Shown in pieces: positions 57,604-64,000 of a DNA stretch of 64,000 nt; position 1 is the first letter of the stretch, and each line of letters opens with the position of its first letter. Source of the stretch: Candidatus Spongiisociaceae bacterium (GTDB lineage Bacteria; Actinomycetota; Acidimicrobiia; Spongiisociales; Spongiisociaceae); NCBI GenBank assembly GCA_965202665.1, contig OZ241841.1:96001-160000 (forward strand). The letters run 5' to 3'. Below the pieces are notes generated by a model, which did no database searches, was not told the origin of the DNA, and worked only from the letters and a program-made list of their open reading frames with translations. A program made the position numbers and the translations under genes.

Positions 57604-58484
57604 AGGGCCTGCGCCAACCCCACCGCCGCCGTCACCGACTCGCGGGTGGATTCAAGGGCGGCCGCCAGCGGGAGGCGGGGGTCTCCCACCGGCTCCCACA
57701 GCGCGCTCAGCCCGGCCCGGGTCGGCATCGGATTGGGTTCTATGAAACACGCTTCGAAAAGGGGCATCAGGCCGTTGTGCAACCGTTCCGCCTCCGCCCG
57801 GTCGCCGGCCAGAAACGCCTCCACCATGGCTTTGATCTGGCGGCCCGCGAAGTGGGAGGCCACTGAAATCACCCCCGCCGCCCCCGCTTCCATCAGGGGG
57901 AGGGTGACCGAATCGGTGCCGGAGTAGATGGCGACCTCGTCGGGCATCGCCGCCCGGCTTTCCTCGGTGAACCGCACGTCCTCCACTGCGTCTTTGACGG
58001 CCGCCACTTGGGGATGGCGGGCGATTTCGGCCAAGGTTTCCACTTCTATCAGGCGGGCGGCGCGCCCCGGAATGTTGTAGACGATGAGCGGCAGGTCGGT
58101 GGCTTCGGCCACCGCGTGGAAATGGGCGGCCAAACCCCGTTGCGGGGGGCGGGAATAGTAGGGGGTGACGGCCATTATCCCATCCGCTCCGGCGTCGGCC
58201 GCCCGCCGCGACATTTCCACCGAATGGGCGGTGTCGTAGGTTCCGGTTCCTGCCACCACCGCCGCCCGCGCCCCCACCGCCTCCGCCACCGTGGAATACA
58301 AGGCCAGTTTTTCGGCGTCGGACAGGGTGGGCGACTCGCCGGTGGTGCCGCTGACCACCAGGCCGTCGGAACCGTTGTCCACCAGGTAGCGGGCCAGGCG
58401 GGCGGTGCGCTCGTAGTCGACTGAACCGTCGGGGGCGAAGGGGGTGATCATGGCGGTCAGCATCGAACCGAAGGGGCTGGTCAT
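57600..58484 (-). CDS. dapA: 4-hydroxy-tetrahydrodipicolinate synthase
   Basis: TAMITPF, GTTGESPTL, PYYSRP, YNIPGR, AVKDA. Confidence 0.97.
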   Translation of the reverse strand: MTSPFGSMLTAMITPFAPDGSVDYERTARLARYLVDNGSDGLVVSGTTGESPTLSDAEKLALYSTVAEAVGARAAVVAGTGTYDTAHSVEMSRRAADAGADGIMAVTPYYSRPPQRGLAAHFHAVAEATDLPLIVYNIPGRAARLIEVETLAEIARHPQVAAVKDAVEDVRFTEESRAAMPDEVAIYSGTDSVTLPLMEAGAAGVISVASHFAGRQIKAMVEAFLAGDRAEAERLHNGLMPLFEACFIEPNPMPTRAGLSALWEPVGDPRLPLAAALESTRESVTAAVGLAQAL

Positions 58485-58569
58485 ATTACGCTTCCTCCCC
58501 GAAGCCGCCGGGCGCCCGCGGGCGCGGGCCGCCTCCAATCTACCAGCCGGGCGAACCGCCGCCGGGGCA

Positions 58570-59079
58570 CTACTGCCCGGCCCGGCCGGCGGCCGCCAGC
58601 AACGGCCGGGGGGTGACGTACATTTCCAACTCGGCCGTCCCCCAGGCCGCCTCGGCCAGGGAGGAGCCGGGCGTCGCCAGGCAGGCCAGGGCGGCGGTGG
58701 GCATTCCCAGCATCCCCCCGGTGAGACGGCTGGCCGTCAGCGACATGGCCGGGTTGTGACCCACCACCAGCAACCGCTCCGCCTCTCCCTCCTCCCGCGC
58801 CATGGCCAGGACGTCCTCCGGTCCCGCCCCGTACAGTTCGGGAACCTCCCGGATTTCCGCCTCCCATTGGCCGGCGGCGGCGGCCAGGCGGACCGTGTTC
58901 GCCGCCCGCGTCGCGTTGGAGGACAGAATCAGATCGGGGATCAGGCCGTGCGCGGCGACGAAGCTCCCGATGGCCTGCGCGGAACGCACCCCCCGCCGGT
59001 TGAGGGGGCGGTCGCGGTCGCTGCCGTATTCGGCGTCCCAGTCCGATTTGGCGTGGCGGAGCAACATCAGGTTGGCCAT
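58570..59079 (-). CDS. sixA: SixA-family phosphohistidine phosphatase
   Basis: LLRHAKSDW, RPLNRRG, SNATRA, VGHNP. Confidence 0.88.
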   Translation of the reverse strand: MANLMLLRHAKSDWDAEYGSDRDRPLNRRGVRSAQAIGSFVAAHGLIPDLILSSNATRAANTVRLAAAAGQWEAEIREVPELYGAGPEDVLAMAREEGEAERLLVVGHNPAMSLTASRLTGGMLGMPTAALACLATPGSSLAEAAWGTAELEMYVTPRPLLAAAGRAGQ

Positions 59080-59127
59080 GCTATGACAATAGCCCGCCCG
59101 GACGGCCGGAAGCTGGAACCGCCCGGT

Positions 59128-59655
59128 TCACCGCGCGGTGCGGTCCGCCGGCACCAGGCGCAGACCGGCCGACGGGGAGCGGGGCAGGCACCCCAGCCGG
59201 GGGGCGGGATCCACGTACGTCCCGTTGATGCGCACCGAAAAATGGAGGGTGGGATAGGGCAGGCCGGAATGCGAACGTCCGTCCGCCTCGCCCAGGGGCT
59301 GGCCGCGGGCCACCCGTTGCCCTTTAGCCACCTGCGACCGGGCCAGGTAGGAGTAACTGGTTTTCAACCCGCCTCCATGGTCCACGGTGACGGTGCGGTT
59401 GCCGGCCACCGTCCCGGAGAAGGAGACCACTCCCCCGGCCGCGGCCCGCACCGGTTCGTCGCCGACGGCCGCCAGGTCCAGGCCCCAATGTCCTCCGTAG
59501 CCGGGCCCCGGCTGGTAGCCGGCGGTTTCCTCCCCAGAAACCGGCTTCTCCAAACCCACGCAGGAAGTTCCCCCGCCGGCTCCCCCGGCTCCGTCCGCCC
59601 CCGCCCACATCCCGGCCAAGAGCGCCGCCATCCCCAATGCCAACATACGTCGCAT
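59128..59655 (-). CDS. M23-family metallopeptidase (secreted)
   Basis: Signal peptide, GHWGLDL, VRAAAGG.V, TVDHG, LHFSVR. Confidence 0.88.
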   Translation of the reverse strand: MRRMLALGMAALLAGMWAGADGAGGAGGGTSCVGLEKPVSGEETAGYQPGPGYGGHWGLDLAAVGDEPVRAAAGGVVSFSGTVAGNRTVTVDHGGGLKTSYSYLARSQVAKGQRVARGQPLGEADGRSHSGLPYPTLHFSVRINGTYVDPAPRLGCLPRSPSAGLRLVPADRTAR

Positions 59656-59807
59656 AGTCTTTCCTCCCACCCCCGTCATTCTCCTAACATACCCGGTCTC
59701 CCGCCGCTTCACAAGGGGGTCTTATCCGCCGAATCTTTCTTACTAGGAGGACTAGGAGACAGGCGGCCAAGGGCGGGAAGCAGGTTCAGGCCAACGGGAT
59801 CAGGCCG

Positions 59808-60245
59808 CTCAAGCCGACCAAAAAACCTATATTCGAACTTCGCGTTCTAAGAAAACTTTTCGCGTTCTCAAAAATTGGGGGGGCCCCGCCCGCCCCCCGC
59901 CCTCCCGCCCCTAACGTACGGTGGTTTTTCGAGAAATTCAAGGGGGCCGATAGAGATATTTTTCGCGTTCCGGGGGCTGGCTAACTGGTCAGCGGGTACG
60001 CATTTTCGAAGTGGCGGCTGAAGGCCGGGCAGTTCCGATCAAAATGTTGCCACGCCCCTCAGGCCGGCCAAAAAACCTATATTCGGACTTCGCGTTCTAA
60101 GAAAACTTTTCGCGTTCTCAAAAATTGGGGGGCCCGCCCGCCCCCCGCCCTCCCGCCCCTAACGTACGGTGGTTTTTCGAGAAATTCAAGGGGGCCGATA
60201 GAGATATTTTTCGCGTTCCGGGGACTGGCTAACTGGTCGGCGGGT
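59808..60245. repeat. Two ~190-bp intergenic direct repeats separated by a 60-bp spacer
   Basis: Copies at 59808-59997 and 60058-60245; they differ by about five A/G substitutions and by homopolymer lengths (G7C4 vs G6C3). Confidence 0.93.
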
Positions 60246-60279
60246 TTTTTTGGGGGGATCTAACGGGTTGGCGTTTCGG

Positions 60280-61719
60280 CTAACTTCGCGGCGGGGCGGC
60301 TGGGGTCGGGGGCGGGGTTCGGCGGGGGGCGCCCGCCATTTCTATGAAATCGCGTAGTTGGCGCAGGTTGCGCACCTCGTAGGTTCCGTCGCAGTGGTTG
60401 GCGTAGGTTTCCATTACCGAATCTCCGGTATTCCAGTAGGCGCGCGGCTCCGGGTTCAGCCAATACAGGGCCCGGGCCCGTTCCCTTATTTGGCCTAAGG
60501 TTTCCGCTCGGGGGCGGCGGTAGTTGTTGCGGGCGTCGCCGGTGATGATGACCGTGGTGCGGGAAGTTAGGTCGTCCCCGTAGCGGTCGCGGAACATTTC
60601 CAGTGAATTTCCGTAGTCGGAATGTCCGTCCAGCCATACCACTTCCGTTTCGGCGGTCACCGCCCGCAACGCAGTTTCGAAGTCCGCTCCTTGGGTGAAG
60701 AAGCGGGTGGCTTCGTCTAGGGCGTCCACGAACACGAAAGAGCGCAACCGGCTGAACTGGCCGGACATGGCGTATACGAACTGGAGGGTGAAACGGGAGA
60801 AGGTGGCCATGGAGCCGCTCATGTCGCACAGCAGCATTATTTCCGGACGGGAAACGAACGGGTTGCGGAAAACCGGATCGATGGGGGTTCCGCCCGTTGC
60901 GAGAGAGCGGCGCATGGTGCGGCGGAAATCCAGCCGTCCGGTTCGCAACCGTTTGCGGCGGGAGGCTAGGCGGGAGGCCAGTTTGCGGGTTAGCGGATAC
61001 ACCGCCGACTCGATGCGGGCCAAATCCACCCGGGTGGCGTGCATCAGGTCCAAATCTTCCGCTAAGGGGACGCGCAAGGTGCGGGCCACCGCCTCCCGTC
61101 CCCGGTCGGCCACCAATCTCCTCCGGATCTCGGCCCGCACCTCCTCCCGGAACCGTTCCAGACGGGCCTCCAACTCGTCGCGGCGCACCGCCCCGTCCAA
61201 ACCCCGCCCCTCCCAGCTGGCCGCCATCTCCTCCAGCAACTCGTCCACCGACAGGCGGCGCAACGTGCGGTACAAATAGTAGGCCCCGCCCACCGGACGC
61301 CCCCGTTCCATCCCCGCCAAGCCGTCCACCGCCATCCGGGCCAGGCGGCGCATCGCCTCCCCGTCCCCCCCGGCCAGGGCGGCGGCCAGCATTTCCCGCA
61401 ACCTGTCCGCCGCCTCCCCCTCCCCTCCCCCCCCTCTCCCCTGTCCGGGCGGGAGCCGGGGGGAAACCCCTTCCGGGGGCGGGTCGTCGGCCGGCGGGCG
61501 GGGGCGGTCGAAGGCGAAAAACACTTCGAAGGCCGTGTCGAAGGCCGGCTGGTGGCCGGCGTTTTTGACCAGGGTGGCCGCCAAGGCCGATTTGAAGGCG
61601 GAGCGGTCGGACAGGTCGATGGCCGACAGGGCCCGCAAGGCGTCGATCGACTCCACCATGGAAGCGGGCACCCCCGCCTCCCGCAGTTCGCGGATGAAAC
61701 CGGTCAGGACCTCCAGCAT
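60280..61719 (-). CDS. VWA-domain protein (CoxE-like)
   Basis: RLDFRRTMRRSL, CDMSGSM MIDAS motif, HSDYG, GDARNN, WLNPEP. Confidence 0.9.
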   Translation of the reverse strand: MLEVLTGFIRELREAGVPASMVESIDALRALSAIDLSDRSAFKSALAATLVKNAGHQPAFDTAFEVFFAFDRPRPPADDPPPEGVSPRLPPGQGRGGGGEGEAADRLREMLAAALAGGDGEAMRRLARMAVDGLAGMERGRPVGGAYYLYRTLRRLSVDELLEEMAASWEGRGLDGAVRRDELEARLERFREEVRAEIRRRLVADRGREAVARTLRVPLAEDLDLMHATRVDLARIESAVYPLTRKLASRLASRRKRLRTGRLDFRRTMRRSLATGGTPIDPVFRNPFVSRPEIMLLCDMSGSMATFSRFTLQFVYAMSGQFSRLRSFVFVDALDEATRFFTQGADFETALRAVTAETEVVWLDGHSDYGNSLEMFRDRYGDDLTSRTTVIITGDARNNYRRPRAETLGQIRERARALYWLNPEPRAYWNTGDSVMETYANHCDGTYEVRNLRQLRDFIEMAGAPRRTPPPTPAAPPRS

Positions 61720-61720
61720 C

Positions 61721-62644
61721 TCATCGGGCGGGAGGCGGGTCGTCCCCCGCCGCTGGCTCCAAATCTGCCAACTCCCGTCCGGCCGCTTCGATGTCGGTCT
61801 GATGTTTCAGGGCGACGTGCAGGGTGGAGCGGGCCGTTTCGGCGTCCAGGCGGGAGGCCCCCAGAGTGAGGAGGGTGCGGGCCCAGTCGATGGATTCGCT
61901 CACCGAAGGGGCTTTCTTCAACGGCATGTCCCGCAAGCGGCGGACGATGCGGGCCAGGCGGTCGGCCAGTTCGGCGGGCAACCCGGGCACCCGGCTGAGC
62001 AGGATTTCCCGTTCCCGTTCCACCTGCGGGTAGTCCAGATGCAGGAACAGGCAACGGCGTTTCAGGGCCTCCGACAACTCGCGGGTGTTGTTGGAGGTGA
62101 GAACCACCAGCGGGTGGGACTGCGCCTGCAAGGTGCCCAGCTCGGGTATGGACACCTGAAAGTCGGATAAAACCTCCAACAGCAGGGCTTCGGTTTCCAC
62201 CTCCACCCGGTCCACTTCGTCGATCAGCAACGCCGCCGGCTGCGCGGAGCGGATGGCTTCCAGCAGGGGCCGTTCCAGCAGAAAACCGGAGGTGAAAATG
62301 TCGGCTTCCAGGCTTTCCCATCCGGCGTCGCGGTCGGCCTGGATGCGCAACAGCTGCTTTTTGTAGTTCCATTCGTAGAGGGCTTTGGACTCGTCCAAAC
62401 CTTCGTAGCACTGCAGGCGGATCAGCCTTCGCCCCAGGGCGGCGGCCAGCGACTTGGCCAATTCGGTTTTTCCGGAACCGGCCGGGCCCTCCACCAGCAG
62501 GGGCTTGCCCAGCCGTTCGGCCAGAAAGGCGACGTTGCTGATATGTTCGTCGGCCAGGTAGCCGACTTTTTGCAGGGCGTCCCCCACCGCGGCGGGGGAA
62601 GCGAAATTTGCCAACTTGACTCCCGGGATCGTTTCCGGGCGCAA
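61721..62644 (-). CDS. MoxR-family AAA+ ATPase (CoxD-like)
   Basis: EGPAGSGKTE, RLQCYEGLD, LIDEVDR, LSEALKRRC. Confidence 0.93.
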   Translation of the reverse strand: MRPETIPGVKLANFASPAAVGDALQKVGYLADEHISNVAFLAERLGKPLLVEGPAGSGKTELAKSLAAALGRRLIRLQCYEGLDESKALYEWNYKKQLLRIQADRDAGWESLEADIFTSGFLLERPLLEAIRSAQPAALLIDEVDRVEVETEALLLEVLSDFQVSIPELGTLQAQSHPLVVLTSNNTRELSEALKRRCLFLHLDYPQVEREREILLSRVPGLPAELADRLARIVRRLRDMPLKKAPSVSESIDWARTLLTLGASRLDAETARSTLHVALKHQTDIEAAGRELADLEPAAGDDPPPAR

Positions 62645-62646
62645 TG

Positions 62647-63153
62647 CTACCCGCCGGTCAGGGCCGCCACCATCCGCCGGGAACGTTCCGGTATCGGCTC
62701 ATCGGGAAAAACGGCTTGGACGGCTTCCATAACCCGGCGGGCGGTGGTGAAACCGAGTATTCCCAGCAGGGTTTTCACGTCTTCCGCGTCGGCGCGGCGG
62801 GCGGACATGACTTTCATGGCCAGCATCCGCTCCGGGGAGGCGGCGGCCACCCACAGGGACGAATGGTCGAACACCACCCTCTCCCTCGCGTCCCCGCCCC
62901 GGGTAATGCAGGAGGAGGCCCGCTCGTTCAACCAGGAGTCGGGCAATCCCCGGCGTCGGGCGACTTCCCGCACCGCCTCGGTCAACTCGGCGCACCCCCC
63001 GGCGGCCGGCTCGTCAAGGGGCGTGTGCCGGTCGCGGTCGTAGGCCAGGGCCATGGCCGCCCCGCCCACGATGTAGACGCGGGCGCTCACCCGCCGCCTA
63101 GACAAAATCTCGGCCACTTCCGTAAAACAGGCCTGCGTCTCTCCCCGGTTCAT
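62647..63153 (-). CDS. DUF6036-like nucleotidyltransferase, catalytic motif apparently degenerate
   Basis: VYIVGGAAMALAYD, GLPDSWLNE, LAMKVMSAR..DAED; ATG overlaps the partner's stop. Confidence 0.75.
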   Translation of the reverse strand: MNRGETQACFTEVAEILSRRRVSARVYIVGGAAMALAYDRDRHTPLDEPAAGGCAELTEAVREVARRRGLPDSWLNERASSCITRGGDARERVVFDHSSLWVAAASPERMLAMKVMSARRADAEDVKTLLGILGFTTARRVMEAVQAVFPDEPIPERSRRMVAALTGG

Positions 63154-63542
63154 CACACCACTTTCAGTTCCCGTTCGGCCAGCAACGTGCCGTGGGCTTC
63201 GAAAGCGGCCGGGGAATGAACCCGGTCCTCCATGCGGAAGAAAGTCCATTCCGGGGGGAGGATGAACCAGAAACCGTCCAGGTAACGTCCCGGTTGGAAC
63301 ACCCAGTCGGGGGCGCGCAACCGGTCGTGATAGCAACGGTATTCGGCGTAGGCGGCCAAAAAGGCGTCCCAGGGCGGGGTGACCGGGCCCGGTTCTTCGG
63401 CTATCAACGACAACCTTTCCCGAAGGGGGGTGTCCTCCCAGCGCAGGCCGAACTCGTGGGCTATCAGGCGCAGGCGATGCAGATCGTCCGTTTCCCTCAA
63501 CAACGGGACGTAGGCGGCCAAAGTGGGCGGAAACATGGTCAT
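63153..63542 (-). CDS. Partner protein of the DUF6036 nucleotidyltransferase (putative antitoxin/effector)
   Basis: EEP....WDAFLAAYAEY....P.WV....LDGFWF....SPAAFEAHG, a pattern I recall from genes adjacent to DUF6036. Confidence 0.65.
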   Translation of the reverse strand: MTMFPPTLAAYVPLLRETDDLHRLRLIAHEFGLRWEDTPLRERLSLIAEEPGPVTPPWDAFLAAYAEYRCYHDRLRAPDWVFQPGRYLDGFWFILPPEWTFFRMEDRVHSPAAFEAHGTLLAERELKVV

Positions 63543-63681
63543 CCCGCCCCGTATGCTACCCGTCCCCGGCCCGGCTCCCGCCCGCCCGTCGGAGGGCGGC
63601 GGGGCGGGCAAATCTTTCGCCGGGGGGCGATAGGGCACTAACCTTATATTCGTACAAGCTAGCGGGGGTTTACGCAACCTT

Positions 63682-64000
63682 ATGCGCATAATTATTGTCG
63701 GCGCGGGCGCGGTCGGGACTTTCCTGGCCGAACGTCTGGCGGGCGAAGGCCAGGACGTGGTTGTCATCGAAACCAACGACCGCCGCGTTGATGAGATACG
63801 GGAACGGCTGGACGCGCTGGTGATAACCGGCAACGGGGCCAGCTCCTCCGTTCTCACCGAAGCCGGAGCGGAGCGCAGCGACCTGTTGCTGGCCGTCTCC
63901 GCCAACGACGGGGCCAACCTGCTGGCCTGCCACGCCGCCAAAACCTTGGGGGTGAAACGCACCGTGGCCCGGGTGCAGGACCCCGACTTGCAGGAGGGCA
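63682..64000 (+). CDS. trkA: Trk system potassium uptake NAD-binding protein TrkA; 3' end runs off the window
   Basis: Hand translation MRIIIVGAGAVGTFLAERLAGEGQDVVVIE...GNGASSSVL..AGAERSDLLLAVS..DGANLLAC...TVARV. Confidence 0.9.
   Translation, partial: MRIIIVGAGAVGTFLAERLAGEGQDVVVIETNDRRVDEIRERLDALVITGNGASSSVLTEAGAERSDLLLAVSANDGANLLACHAAKTLGVKRTVARVQDPDLQEG

Noticed and set aside
2413-57927. Many long antisense or alternate-frame ORFs (e.g. 2413-4224, 9997-12483, 47212-49707, 55891-57927)
   Set aside because: Shadow ORFs of well-recognised genes in high-GC DNA; Arg/Gly/Pro-rich with no motifs.
59833-59849. TCGAAC-N5-GTTCTA as a LexA box in the repeat
   Set aside because: The spacer is 5 nt rather than 4, and the second copy has GGAC instead of GAAC.
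59808-60245. CRISPR array
   Set aside because: Only two units of ~190 bp; no regular short repeat-spacer periodicity and no cas genes in the window.
63683-63692. TGCGCATAAT resembling the XerC arm of a dif site
   Set aside because: No XerD arm follows; the sequence is the first codons of trkA.

Overview
High-GC actinobacterial chromosome segment; Acidimicrobiia-like is my inference from gene content and order, not a demonstrated assignment. Most core genes lie on the minus strand: ruvCAB-queA-tgt-yajC-secDF-apt-rel, a Tad/Flp pilus locus, divergent ctaA/ctaB, four tRNAs (Val-CAC and a Gly-Cys-Val cluster), dut, divergent LysM/lexA with three SOS boxes, rny-miaB-miaA-dapF, rimO-cinA-thpR-recA, dapA-rnj-ftsK, a MoxR/VWA pair and the start of trkA. 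Accessory DNA occupies several conserved junctions: (i) an MT-A70 methyltransferase + DUF5131 three-Cys radical-SAM-like + TcmP cassette between recA and rny; (ii) an ABC-ATPase + DUF4276/TOPRIM-like pair translationally coupled to a type I R-M operon whose hsdM is frameshifted and holds a C13 tract, followed by an IS481 relic and hicBA; (iii) an orphan hicB, a 374-bp mini-IS481 and a strongly CpG-depleted ~600-bp tract between lexA and dapF; (iv) a ~190-bp intergenic direct repeat and a DUF6036 nucleotidyltransferase pair. recA and ruvC each show both a LexA box and a PafBC/RecA-NDp-type promoter motif. The best candidates for undescribed systems are (i) and (ii). All family assignments come from motifs recognised by eye; no database searches were run.
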